A stretch of DNA of 64,000 nt from an uncultured Chlamydiae bacterium. Lineage in GTDB: Bacteria > Chlamydiota > Chlamydiia > Chlamydiales > Parachlamydiaceae. The stretch covers positions 20,841 to 84,840 of the forward strand of contig CAWHMU010000039.1 in NCBI GenBank assembly GCA_963830365.1, given 5' to 3'. Of the stretch, positions 1 through 10,568 are shown one piece after another; positions within the stretch are counted from its first letter, which is position 1, and every line of letters begins with the position of its first letter. Under the pieces are notes generated by a model that did not search any database, was not told the origin of the DNA, and saw nothing but the letters and a program-made list of their open reading frames with translations. Made by a program: the position numbers and the translations under genes.

Positions 1-2
1 CA

Positions 3-365
3 GAGGCCGCCTCCTCATACCCAAAAGCTGCCGTGGCTGTAGCTGTGGGTGTCGCTTCTAGTCCGCTAACACTATGGTTCGCCAGACCATTAATAGGCAG
101 CGCCCTGGCTGCCGTCGGTTCAGTGGCAAAGACATCGGCCGTGGTGGCCGGCTCTATCGGATGCATCGCCGCCGGCTATAAAGGAGCTTGCACAATCTAC
201 CAGTCTTCACATGAACAATTAAAAGATTATCTCTGGCTAAAGCGCAAATGGAGTCTGGAAACGACCGATAATGTCGTAAATAAGATGAAACCTATCATCG
301 CCACAGCCGTCTTTGGCGCCTCCTTTCTTCCCTTGGCCTACCTAACCTATACTTTTAGGAGCTGA
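3..365 (+). CDS. Hypothetical hydrophobic/membrane protein, 5'-truncated by the window
   Basis: Frame is open from position 3 to TGA at 363-365; Ala/Val/Gly-rich hydrophobic segments. Confidence 0.55.
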   Translation, partial: EAASSYPKAAVAVAVGVASSPLTLWFARPLIGSALAAVGSVAKTSAVVAGSIGCIAAGYKGACTIYQSSHEQLKDYLWLKRKWSLETTDNVVNKMKPIIATAVFGASFLPLAYLTYTFRS

Positions 366-473
366 GCGACAACTAATGTCTTCAAAAAGGTGTTCACATG
401 GATCAAAAAAATAACCAGCCGCCATATATGAAGGTGCTCTTTGAAACAAATCTGTATGCCAGTGCTGAAAATC

Positions 474-612
474 TAGCCGCGAATAGCGGCGGCAGCCTGT
501 AGCCACAGGCGACAGCATATTCATGAAACTGGCGCCGTTAGCACGACTTGACGACTTGGAGTCACAGCCCCAGGCTTACGCCTGCGGCTCCATGCCGCCG
601 CGGCTATTCACG
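474..612. repeat. GTAGCCACAGG-family hairpin element, degenerate copy
   Basis: tagccgcgaatagcggcggcagcctgtagccacaggcg ... aggcttacgcctgcggctccatgccgccgcggctattcacg; related to copies at 34415, 52041 and 63430. Confidence 0.7.
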
Positions 613-755
613 AATGTGTACTACATTTACATACTTACCAATACAAACAGCCAACTAAAACCTACCACCAGAAACAGTTTGTAAATAGAACTTGCCTTAG
701 TTGTTACTATTAAATATAATAAAAACGTGTGAATAACAACACATCGGGAGGCTTT

Positions 756-3700
756 ATGCCAACTTCACAAGACTTTTCAAATTCCAGCTACCACCCCTCA
801 TGGGAATCACGCGAATTCAATCAAGAACAGTACAAGCAGGAATTGGAGAAGATGAGCGACAAAAAAGCCGGCTCCTTTCTTATTTGCGACCACCATTCAT
901 TCAAGAGGGTCGGTCTAATCAGTTATATATGGCAAACCATTAAAGGTTGGTTCAACAGCGAAATTCAAACCAAGCCGATCCAGGTTAACTACGAACTCCT
1001 CAAATTTTTACGCACAGGCCAAACCCACCATTTTTTTAATGATGCTGATATTAAAAAACTTGTCTCCAATCTGCAAACTGAACTCCCCCAAACAAGTCCT
1101 TTTGATGAAACTGTTAAAATAATCAAAGAGATTGCCAATGCCCAGTTTACCTCGCTTTCCAATGCAACCGTAGAAACCGAAATCAACTCCTATTATGCCA
1201 AGCACAAATCAGAGCTGGCTGAACCTGCCCTGGTACACCTCTTTCACCGTATCAGCGCGCCCGTTGCCCCAAATACAGCCGGCGTGAATTATAATCTCGG
1301 GCGTATCCATGCCTCTGAAGGAAGGTGGCTGGATGCCATCGGCTGTTTTGAGAAAGCCATCGGCATGGACGCCGCTAAACCCGAGTATCAATTCGCCCTG
1401 GCCACAAATGCGCTGGCATGTGCTAAAAAGCTATGCATGGCTGGCGAAATACCTAAAACACTAAGCTTGTGCGATAAATCCATAAAAACTGCCAATGGCC
1501 TGGCCAATGATCCCCTATTCGACGCCGATGCCGAACAGCTGCTCGTTGAAGCTTTTCCGCTGGCGTGTGCCATCCATGTAAAACAAAACGACGTCAAGAC
1601 TGCGCTGGCTGTGCTGGACCAAGCGCAAAATAGTGTCAGCCAAACGCAAAGAGATTTGCTGGCAGCCATTGAAACATTAGGCAGCACGTTCCCTGCATTG
1701 GCAGCCACATCCACACAGCAGGCAGCCTTCTATTTAAGCTTGGCCAAACAAGCCCAAGCTGCCGATAGAAATAAGGCCACCGCCTTCATAGAAAAAGCCA
1801 TTACTGCCCAGCACTCATCTGAAGCCCATGTGCTGGCTGCGGAATTGTACCTGGCGCAACATAAAACAAGCGAAGCCCTGGCACATGCCAAAAAAGCCCA
1901 AGCGCTGTCCTCTTCAGACAACGAGCAAGCCATCATCTATCTCTTATACCGCTGCGGTGAAAAAGTCGATAGCACTGATAGCAAGGCCATAGAAAAATAT
2001 AAAATCATCCTGGCAAGCCATCCAAATGATGCAGACAGCCATTTTCAACTTGGCAAACTGTATTTGGAGGACAACAGGTTGGCTGAGGCCCTTAGCCACC
2101 TGAACGAAACACGTAAGCTCGATCCTGCCCACGCCGGTTTGGATGCCTGCCTCGGCCGCCTATACTTAAAACAAAACGATTTCAAGCAAGCACTGGCAGC
2201 CTACGACAGGAATCCGCAGGCCTTTAGCAAAGAGCGCTTTGCTTGCCACGCTATGCTGGCAACAGACGCCCAAAACAGGCAAGACGTTCCTGCCGCGCTG
2301 GCACATTACGAGCAGGCTTTAGCTCTTTCCACAAACTCTAAGGAAATTCCTGCCGATGCCGACATCCACTTTCAGCTGGGAAAACTCTATCTCCAAGACA
2401 ACCAACTAGACAAAGCCCTTATTCACCTGAGCGAAACACTTAAGCTGAACCCAAAACATGCGCAAGCACATGCCTGTCTCGGGCAGCTATATCTGGCCCA
2501 AAAAGATTTTGAGAAGGCCCTGGCAGAATATGACATAGCTGCAGCAAGGGATGCACAGGCTTTCAGCCAAGCCCGTCTGACTTGCCATGTGGCACTGGCT
2601 ATTGATAGCGCCAAAGCCGTCAAAACAGCACATGACTATGCCTTGATGCTCGATCATTTTGAAAAGGCTTTAAATTTTTCAAAGGATACTGCTGAGAAGC
2701 AAAACATCCTCCTTAGCCTTATCGACAACGACAACTTCCACCTGCCAGCCAATCATCAGACGGTCGATGGCTTTGATGAGCAAAATGTGCGCGCCGATCT
2801 GCTGATTGAGAAACATCTCGATGAGGCTGATACTGACAATAAACAAATCCTCCTCGACTGCTATCAGCGTCTGGGTAAGTTTTACAAAGTACGGCATGAA
2901 CAGGCCCCGGCCATCGCCTACTTCGAAAAAGCCCGCGCCTTAGCGCCAAAAGAGGTGCCTATTCTAAAAGCACTGGCAGATCTGCATGCGGCCGCACATA
3001 ATTTCAGCCTGGCCGAAGACCTCTACAATCAACTGATTGAGCTCGATGCTCGCGATACCGCCATCTACCGCACGGCGCTGGCTAAGCTACACCTCACCCA
3101 AAACAACTTTGCCAAAGGGCTGCAGCAACATCTGGAAATGCTAACACACGCTACCTACAGCCAGAAAGCCGCCACCGCCGCCGCCATCCTACCACTGGCA
3201 AGAAGTCTGTTCGATGCCAACCCTCTGGATGCGCTGCCACTATCAGCTTATAAAAGCATTCAGCCATACATCGACCAGCTGGACCCCGCAAATCAGAAAC
3301 TGGATATCCTCACGGCATATATCGCCTTGGCTCAAGACGCAACCCTCACTAACGATAAGCAGGCAGATGCCTACTACCGCCACGCCGTCAATATTGATCC
3401 GACCTTTGCCCCCTGGAAAGCGTCATGGCTGTTTGGTCTCGGCAACCATTATAAAACCCATGGCTTAATCGAAAATGCCGCCATGATCTATCGCAAAGTG
3501 CATGCCAAATTACTGCTACAGCCTGATGCATGGCTTGATCCGGCAGCCTTCAACAAAAACGTCGCCGAGACCGAAATCGCCCTGGGCGACCTGTACTATG
3601 CCAAAGGGGTGAATGATAATGCTCTAGTAAAGCAGATGCTGGCAGACTTGGCAGACTATGCCGAAAAGTCACAAGCCATCAAAGGCGCCCTCGGTGCCCA

Positions 3701-6323
3701 CATTGGCAAGACCCTCGGCGGCATTCCCCTTGTCGGACGACTGCTGGCCCAAGACAGCTATCAGCTGCAGAGTCTTATACAAGGCGCGAAACAGGCTAAA
3801 ACACCCTATGAATTCGAGGAAAAGGGACTTGCCCTCTGCTCCCTGATGGAAAAAGCCTACGACGGCGGAAAAAACCACCTAGCCCGCAAAGATATGCCAG
3901 AAGCGCTAGTACAACTGATCCACACTACACGAGAGCAGATCAGCAATAGGCGCGATTACTATGGCAAACTGCAACAAAAGACACAAGAGCTTGTCCAGGC
4001 GGCCAAGAGCGTTGCCGCTTTCAGTGGCGCGTTTGCCAAGTGGCAGCATATGCCATCTACCAAAGACCTTAAGCAGGCCACAGCCAGCGAGAAAAAAGCC
4101 CACGAAGCCTTAAAACTCATCGACCAAGTTATACAGTCATCGGCTGAAGCTAAAGAAGTCCCTAAAGCGCCACCAGCCCTGCAAGAAAGCCTTAAAGACC
4201 TACGCGACTTCCTCACTCCTCAAGCCTGGAACCATCTGGCCATCGCCCATTACAAACAAAGCACCCGCGATCATGCCGCCGTCGTCGTCAAACTGCTCGA
4301 CCATGGTCAGAAATTGATCGATGATAAGCAATGGCAGATGGCTTTTGACACCTATCAAAATGCCCTGCCATTTTTGACAGAATCGGACAAGACACCCCAG
4401 CTTTTGAAAAATTTCGGGATGGCAGCGCGCGAAGCCGGGAAACTTACAGAAGCTGTGGCGTATCTACAAAAGGCCATCGCTATCCAGCAGGCAGAAAAAT
4501 TGCCTGAAGATGCCACGCTGCACTATGAATTAGCCAAAACCTTCAATGCCCAAAAAGACTTTGATAAAACTTTGCAACACTTGATACGAGCTGATGCGCT
4601 GGATTTCAACCCCTACATCGGCAAGGCCGACACCTATAAACGCGATCTTTACCAAGCCCAACTTGCTGTCGGCAACCAAAAATATGCAAGGGCTATACTG
4701 GAACTCCAACACCAAAAGCTCCAAGATAAAATCAAAGACACACAAACAACTCTGGATGAATTAAAAACATCTATCAAGCGGGATCTGTCTAAAATACAAA
4801 TCGGCCTGGACCCCTTCTCAGCTAAATATCAAAGCCACAGTTTGTCATTCGATACCAGAACACTGATGAATGTCTTAGAACAGCCTGCCAGTAACGCCTT
4901 GGAACTCCATCAACATGCTATGCTAATTATTAAACTCCTCAACAAAGCCCGTTACAAAGACAACAACATAGATCTCCTGAAAATTAAACTACCAGAACTG
5001 CTTGAGGCCTATAGCACTTTTGAAAAAACCCCTAAACAACCACTTACCCCTCCCATTAAAGATCCAAATGAGTTGCTTGGGGAGGCTTTCAACCATTATT
5101 CTGCCGCCTATAAGCTCAATGATGCAGAGCATGTAGAATACTTCAACAAATGGATTGACACCGCCGTGAAACTTGGCAAACATGACGGAGCCGTTAAACT
5201 ACATAACATACTCAAAGCAAAATACCCACAGGCAAACCTAGTGCTCGAATCAAAAGCCTACCAAACCCCAATGGATAAGTTCTTGCAAGAGAAGGAATAT
5301 GGTAAAGCCCTCTCATTTATCGACACTGCCATCCAGGCCTTTCCGGCCGAGGTAGAGCTTAAAAAGCAAAAGAGCCATTTATACGTTTTGCTAGCTCAGG
5401 ATGCTGTTAAAAAAGGGGCTGAAGCGGCCCGCATCAGCGCTTCCTTAGCCCCGCTAGAAAATATCTGTCTACAAGCGGTTAATGAATTTAACATCGCTCA
5501 AAAGCGCAACTTACCCAACCTCACCCAAAAACGCACCGCCGCAGTTGAGGCGCAGAATAAATGGAAGGCTGCCAAGGAGAAATTGGCGCTTGAGAATGAA
5601 AATAAAGAGAAGTATTATAACGAAGCTGCGGATTTTTACGTAAAAGCCCAAGGCTGCGGCGTTACCCCAGAGGTTGCCTGCTACAGCGGGCTGGGCGCTC
5701 TGTATGCCAAAGCTTGCCTTGAGGAAGATGCCGATTTTTGGCGTCAGGCCATAGACGCATATAAAGAGGCATGCAAACTCGATCCAAAAAACAGCGCCTA
5801 TCCATATAGTATCGGAGAGTTACTAGCTGAACACTTGGGAAAACATGCCTACTTGCCATTTGTAGATGAAGACCCCATCAACTATCTGCAAGCAGCCGTC
5901 AAAATAGACCAAAAAAATGAGCAATATCTTACACTCTTGCTCTCGCTTGCGCGGAATGGTACGGTCAGAAGAGCTTTTAACCACGACGACTCAGAATTTG
6001 TCACTGCTCAAGCTGAAATGGATAACATTACAGCTAAAAAGGGTGCGGCTGCACAAAATCCTGCACCTGTTACACAAATACCTTTAGATATGTACCAAGA
6101 GGCAAAATCGCAGCACGGAGAAGGACAGGATGCAGGTGATGCCGGTTACGACCAAGGTAGTGTTTCGGACAGAGGACAAGCCAGTGGGGAAAAACAAGCG
6201 TCAACAGACCTAAGGAATGAAAGTAATACGGCTGGCTTGGAATTTACAGACGAAGAACTGCAAAACGAACTCGATGCATTGGAAAATGAATTCAAAAATC
6301 CGGATAATGATGATAAACTGTAA
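756..6323 (+). CDS. Large TPR-repeat protein (~1855 aa), candidate secreted effector
   Basis: Many TPR-like helix pairs (e.g. HFQLGKLYL...A...L...P); GGAGG before ATG 756; acidic disordered C-terminus. Confidence 0.85.
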   Translation: MPTSQDFSNSSYHPSWESREFNQEQYKQELEKMSDKKAGSFLICDHHSFKRVGLISYIWQTIKGWFNSEIQTKPIQVNYELLKFLRTGQTHHFFNDADIKKLVSNLQTELPQTSPFDETVKIIKEIANAQFTSLSNATVETEINSYYAKHKSELAEPALVHLFHRISAPVAPNTAGVNYNLGRIHASEGRWLDAIGCFEKAIGMDAAKPEYQFALATNALACAKKLCMAGEIPKTLSLCDKSIKTANGLANDPLFDADAEQLLVEAFPLACAIHVKQNDVKTALAVLDQAQNSVSQTQRDLLAAIETLGSTFPALAATSTQQAAFYLSLAKQAQAADRNKATAFIEKAITAQHSSEAHVLAAELYLAQHKTSEALAHAKKAQALSSSDNEQAIIYLLYRCGEKVDSTDSKAIEKYKIILASHPNDADSHFQLGKLYLEDNRLAEALSHLNETRKLDPAHAGLDACLGRLYLKQNDFKQALAAYDRNPQAFSKERFACHAMLATDAQNRQDVPAALAHYEQALALSTNSKEIPADADIHFQLGKLYLQDNQLDKALIHLSETLKLNPKHAQAHACLGQLYLAQKDFEKALAEYDIAAARDAQAFSQARLTCHVALAIDSAKAVKTAHDYALMLDHFEKALNFSKDTAEKQNILLSLIDNDNFHLPANHQTVDGFDEQNVRADLLIEKHLDEADTDNKQILLDCYQRLGKFYKVRHEQAPAIAYFEKARALAPKEVPILKALADLHAAAHNFSLAEDLYNQLIELDARDTAIYRTALAKLHLTQNNFAKGLQQHLEMLTHATYSQKAATAAAILPLARSLFDANPLDALPLSAYKSIQPYIDQLDPANQKLDILTAYIALAQDATLTNDKQADAYYRHAVNIDPTFAPWKASWLFGLGNHYKTHGLIENAAMIYRKVHAKLLLQPDAWLDPAAFNKNVAETEIALGDLYYAKGVNDNALVKQMLADLADYAEKSQAIKGALGAHIGKTLGGIPLVGRLLAQDSYQLQSLIQGAKQAKTPYEFEEKGLALCSLMEKAYDGGKNHLARKDMPEALVQLIHTTREQISNRRDYYGKLQQKTQELVQAAKSVAAFSGAFAKWQHMPSTKDLKQATASEKKAHEALKLIDQVIQSSAEAKEVPKAPPALQESLKDLRDFLTPQAWNHLAIAHYKQSTRDHAAVVVKLLDHGQKLIDDKQWQMAFDTYQNALPFLTESDKTPQLLKNFGMAAREAGKLTEAVAYLQKAIAIQQAEKLPEDATLHYELAKTFNAQKDFDKTLQHLIRADALDFNPYIGKADTYKRDLYQAQLAVGNQKYARAILELQHQKLQDKIKDTQTTLDELKTSIKRDLSKIQIGLDPFSAKYQSHSLSFDTRTLMNVLEQPASNALELHQHAMLIIKLLNKARYKDNNIDLLKIKLPELLEAYSTFEKTPKQPLTPPIKDPNELLGEAFNHYSAAYKLNDAEHVEYFNKWIDTAVKLGKHDGAVKLHNILKAKYPQANLVLESKAYQTPMDKFLQEKEYGKALSFIDTAIQAFPAEVELKKQKSHLYVLLAQDAVKKGAEAARISASLAPLENICLQAVNEFNIAQKRNLPNLTQKRTAAVEAQNKWKAAKEKLALENENKEKYYNEAADFYVKAQGCGVTPEVACYSGLGALYAKACLEEDADFWRQAIDAYKEACKLDPKNSAYPYSIGELLAEHLGKHAYLPFVDEDPINYLQAAVKIDQKNEQYLTLLLSLARNGTVRRAFNHDDSEFVTAQAEMDNITAKKGAAAQNPAPVTQIPLDMYQEAKSQHGEGQDAGDAGYDQGSVSDRGQASGEKQASTDLRNESNTAGLEFTDEELQNELDALENEFKNPDNDDKL

Positions 6324-6328
6324 GGATC

Positions 6329-7383
6329 ATGCGCTGCATCTTTCATATCGACATGGACGCTTTCTTCGCTTCGGTGGAGATCGTCCGCAATCCCGCACTA
6401 AAAGGCAAACCCGTTATCGTCGGCGGCCGCCCCGACAGGCGCGGCGTCGTCTCTACCTGTTCCTATGAGGCCCGCAAATTCGGCATCCATTCCGCCATGG
6501 CGCTAAGCGAAGCCTACCGCTTGTGCCCTCATGGCGTCTTCCTCGATGTCGATTTCCCTCTCTACCGCGCCTATTCAGACAAAGTCTTCGACATCTTTTA
6601 CCAGCATACCCCCTTTGTCGAAGTCGTCAGCGTCGATGAGGCTTACCTCGATGTTACCGCAGCCATCACGGGCGGCATCACCCCAAAAGACCTCGCCATC
6701 GCCATCCACGAGCAGGTCTTTGAGGCAACCAAACTCACCTGCTCCATCGGCATCGCCCAGAATAAGCTCGTCTCCAAAATCGCTGCCGGCAAAGCCAAAC
6801 CCAACGGCATCATGTATGTGCTGCCCGGCACAGAAATGGCCTTCCTGGCTCCCCTACCCATCCAACATCTTCCAGGCGTTGGCGCCAAGACGCAAATCAT
6901 CCTCAACCGCGAAGGCTTGCATACCGTCGCCGACATCCAGAAATTCTCCATCGACCAGCTCATCCAGCAGCACGGCAGCTGGGGCTACCACTACTATTTC
7001 GCCGCCCGCGGCGAGGACAACCGTCCCGTCTCATGGGAATCCCACCCCCCAAATCCATCGGCGCCGAGACGACATTTGAAACGGACCAGACCGATCTTGC
7101 GCTGCTGCATGCCGAACTACAAAACCTTGTCCAGAAAGCCCACCGCCGCCTGCGCGCCCATAAGATGCGCACCAAGCGCATCAATATAAAGCTGCGCTAC
7201 AGCAGCTTCAAGACCATCTCGCGCTCGCATACCCTGACCACCCATATCAACGATGTAAGCGCGATCCAAAGCGCCGTCATGGAACTCTTCAGCTGCCACT
7301 ATCCCGGGCACCCTCCCTTGCGCCTCATCGGCGTCTCGCTGGAACAGCTCACCGACTCCTACTGGCAACCGACGCTCTTTTGA
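6329..7383 (+). pseudogene. dinB: DNA polymerase IV, split by a frameshift at a C6 run (7045-7050); could be a sequencing error or recoding
   Basis: HIDMDAFFASVE, SYEARKFGI, SVDEAYLD and KPNG motifs in 6329-7050; little-finger domain (KSIGAETTF...IKLRYSSF...LRLIGVS) continues in the -1 frame to 7383. Confidence 0.85.
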
Positions 7384-7432
7384 AATAATATGGAAGTGGT
7401 GGTGCGAATCTGCCTGTCAAATCTGGCACAAG

Positions 7433-7915
7433 TTAACCACAGAGGCACAGAGACAAAGAGAAAGCTCAGCCTGTTGCAATTATCCGTAATATAAATGGGA
7501 GGTAAACGTCAAATCTAGACATATTGTCAGCAGCCACCCCCGGATGAGGGTGAGGGCATGTAGCCCAGGGCAAGCGGCTGCGCAGCCCTGGGTGTTTTTT
7601 GTAAATAATGCACCCCTGAAAGGGGTGCGGGCCTGTATTTAACTAAATATCAGGGAGATAAAAAGAATTGAATATAGTAAAAGATATCTCTAGATATGGG
7701 TAGGGCCCGCCCCCCTTTTCAGGGGTGCGTCATCGAACCATAAGTTACCCAGGGCTGCGCAGCCGCTTGCCCTGGGCTACATGCCCTCATCCCTATCCAG
7801 GGGTGGCTGTCAATACGTCTAGATTTGACGCTTACAGCGGTGGTGCGTGCGCTGAATTTTTAAAATCAGACGATTACCGCGCATCCTCTCTGTGTCTCTG
7901 TGCCTCTGTGGTTAA
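7433..7915. repeat. Nested inverted-repeat structure between convergent dinB and asd
   Basis: Outer 29-bp IR 7433-7461/7887-7915 (28/29); middle IR 7502-7526/7811-7835; perfect 43-bp IR 7551-7593/7747-7789; inner IR 7610-7633/7704-7728. Confidence 0.9.
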
Positions 7916-7945
7916 TTTGTGCGGTTTTGCAGACCAGAACATCGG

Positions 7946-9022
7946 TTACCAGTAGATGAGGCCTTTGCGGACCATGAGTTCAGCGCACAGGATGGCGCCG
8001 CCGGCGGCGCCGCGGATGGTATTGTGGGAGAGGAGGGTGAATTTGTAGTCGTACAGCGAACAAGCGCGCAGGCGGCCGATAGAGATGCTCATCCCCCTGT
8101 CGAGCAGGCGGTGGAGCTTCGGCTGGGGGAAATTCGGCTCTGCGAAATAATGAATGGGCTGTTTTGGCGCCAGATGCAGCGCCAGCGGCTGGACCTCGCC
8201 GCTGAAGGACTGCCAAGCCTCAATAACTTCTTCCGGTTTCGGTTTAGCTTTCAGCTTGATCGAGACGCATGCGGTATGGCCGTCGGATACCGGCACGCGG
8301 TTGCACTGGGCGCTGATGACGATAGCTGCATTTTCGATGGTGCCGCCATGGCATTTTCCGAGAATTTTAAGAGGTTCCTGCTCAACCTTTTGTTCTTCGC
8401 CACTGATGTAGGGAATGACATTATCCAAAATGTCCATGCTGGCAACGCCCGGGTAGCCGGCGCCTGAGATAGCCTGCATAGTGACGACATGCACCGCATC
8501 GATGCCGAAATTGTCATATAACGGCTTAAGAGCTATCGTCAAGCCTATTGCAGTACAGTTTGGATTTGTAATGATCTTGCCTCGGCCATAGCATTGTCCT
8601 TTAAGCAGCTCAAGGTGGCTGCTGTTGACCTCAGGGATAATCAGCGGCACATCGGCCTGCATGCGGTGATGGCTGGAATTGGAAATGACCACACAGCCCG
8701 ATTCGGCAACGAGTTTCTCGATGGTGCCCGCCACATTGGAATCCAGCGCCGAGAAGGCGATGACGGCAGAGCTTTTAGCGCTGCATGGCTGCACCACGAG
8801 CTTGCCGATATCGGCTGATAGGGGCGTTGCCATGAGCCAATTTACGGCCGCGGCATAGCTTTTACCGACCGAGCGTTCCGAAGCACCAAGGAAGACAATC
8901 TCAAACCAAGGATGGTGGGAAAGCATCTCGACAAAGCGCTGTCCGACGCTGCCGGTGGCTCCCAGGATGGCGACAGGGATCTTCTCGCGATTCTGAAATT
9001 CATAGCTCATCAGCAGCGGCAT
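7946..9022 (-). CDS. asd: Aspartate-semialdehyde dehydrogenase
   Basis: ILGATGSVGQRF, NPNCT, QAISGAG, CNRVPVSDGH and HNTIRGAAGG motifs. Confidence 0.95.
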   Translation of the reverse strand: MPLLMSYEFQNREKIPVAILGATGSVGQRFVEMLSHHPWFEIVFLGASERSVGKSYAAAVNWLMATPLSADIGKLVVQPCSAKSSAVIAFSALDSNVAGTIEKLVAESGCVVISNSSHHRMQADVPLIIPEVNSSHLELLKGQCYGRGKIITNPNCTAIGLTIALKPLYDNFGIDAVHVVTMQAISGAGYPGVASMDILDNVIPYISGEEQKVEQEPLKILGKCHGGTIENAAIVISAQCNRVPVSDGHTACVSIKLKAKPKPEEVIEAWQSFSGEVQPLALHLAPKQPIHYFAEPNFPQPKLHRLLDRGMSISIGRLRACSLYDYKFTLLSHNTIRGAAGGAILCAELMVRKGLIYW

Positions 9023-9049
9023 AGCCTGTCCTTATATAAATTCTGTCGG

Positions 9050-10531
9050 TTACAAACCTTCCAGCAGTGCTACTAGCAAGCGCACGCCGATGCCTGTGGC
9101 ATGCTTGGGCAGATAGCGCCTGGCCTCTGCAACATAGGCCGTGCCGGCCACGTCCAGATGCACCCACGGCGTCTTGCCCACAAACTCCTGCAAAAAGAGC
9201 GCCGCTTTGATGCTGCCGCCCGGCCGGCCACCGGTACTCTTGATGTCGGCGACATCCGATTTAAGCGCTTCCTTGTAGTCCTCGTGCAGTGGCAGGCGCC
9301 AGACGAACTCTCCCGTCTCGCTGGCGAAACCCGTCAACAAATGTGCCAGCGCGTCATTATTTGAAAACAAGCCGCTGAAATCATTGCCAAGCGCTATTTC
9401 AATAGCCCCCGTCAGCGTAGCGATATCGATGATACGCGAAGGTTTGAGCTTATCCACCGCATAGCCGAGCGCATCTGCCAGCACCAGACGCCCTTCGGCG
9501 TCGGTATTGCCGATTTCGACACTCTTGCCGGTATAGCCGATATAGACATCGCCGGGCTTATAGCTTCCGGAGCCGATGCTGTTTTCGGTGGCGCCGATGA
9601 CGGCGGTGACATTGACTTTCAATTCCAGGGCGGCAGCCGCATGGATGACACCAAGGACGGTGGCGGCGCCTGCCATATCGCATTTCATATCTTCCATGCC
9701 GCCGGTGGGCTTTAGATTCAAGCCGCCGGTATCGAAAGTGATACCCTTGCCCACCAGCACCGTATGGTCGGTGGATTTCGAATTTCCCTTGTACTCTACA
9801 ATGATGAAGGCGGGATCGATATGAGAGCCGCGGTTGACGGCAAGCAGCAAGCCCATCTTTTCTTTTTCGATGCGCTTCTTGTCAAATACCGTAGTCTTGA
9901 CATGCTTGGCCGTCTTCTCCAGCCCCCTAGCCACAGCCGCCAGGTGCTGCGGTGTGACATCATCGGCATTGCCATTCACAAGGTCGCGCACCATATTAAC
10001 GGATTCGCATAGGGTGGCGCATTTTTGCGCGATGGCGATTTCTTTCTTTTCTATACCGATCAAGGAAATCTTTTCCAATACCGCAGGCTCATTGTCCTTA
10101 AGCGCATGCTGCTTAAGGGCCGTAAAAGCATAGTTTGGCAGCAGCAGGCCGTCCATGATGCTGCGTATCAAATCCTCTTTGGCAAGCGCTGCGCCTTCCG
10201 GTATGAGAAGGTTGATTTCCTTGATCTTTTTTTTATGACATGTCTTGGTGATGTGTGCATAACTTTTGCGCAGCTTCTCTGCCGTCAATCCCCCTTGTGA
10301 ACCAAGCCCGAGCAAGGCAAGCCGCGCCTCGGGATGTCCTGTGACATAGTGCAGCAGCAACTCGCCATCCTTGCCATGGAAATCGCCGCTGGCAAGCGGT
10401 CCAGCCAGCAAGTCTTTAAACGGCTTGATGTCGGCCGCAGCTTCAGCATGGTTTTTTCCCTGCCAAAATGGAATAACAAGCAACCCTGCACGTTTACGTG
10501 CACTTAATGAAGAAATGACAGCAATATCCAT
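9050..10531 (-). CDS. pepA: Leucyl aminopeptidase (M17)
   Basis: VGKGITFDTGG, MKCDMAGAA and NTDAEGRL motifs. Confidence 0.96.
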   Translation of the reverse strand: MDIAVISSLSARKRAGLLVIPFWQGKNHAEAAADIKPFKDLLAGPLASGDFHGKDGELLLHYVTGHPEARLALLGLGSQGGLTAEKLRKSYAHITKTCHKKKIKEINLLIPEGAALAKEDLIRSIMDGLLLPNYAFTALKQHALKDNEPAVLEKISLIGIEKKEIAIAQKCATLCESVNMVRDLVNGNADDVTPQHLAAVARGLEKTAKHVKTTVFDKKRIEKEKMGLLLAVNRGSHIDPAFIIVEYKGNSKSTDHTVLVGKGITFDTGGLNLKPTGGMEDMKCDMAGAATVLGVIHAAAALELKVNVTAVIGATENSIGSGSYKPGDVYIGYTGKSVEIGNTDAEGRLVLADALGYAVDKLKPSRIIDIATLTGAIEIALGNDFSGLFSNNDALAHLLTGFASETGEFVWRLPLHEDYKEALKSDVADIKSTGGRPGGSIKAALFLQEFVGKTPWVHLDVAGTAYVAEARRYLPKHATGIGVRLLVALLEGL

Positions 10532-10568
10532 AACGCGTTGTCTCCGATTAATAGATGATCGTATTTAG

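Noticed and set aside
756..6323. TPR protein as an alpha-SNAP-like partner of the NSF-like ATPase
   Set aside because: Generic TPRs, 33 kb away, with no SNAP-specific features visible
7725..8467. ORFs 7725-7955 and 7919-8467, and the many other antisense or overlapping short ORFs
   Set aside because: They overlap repeats or lie antisense to well-supported genes; shadow ORFs
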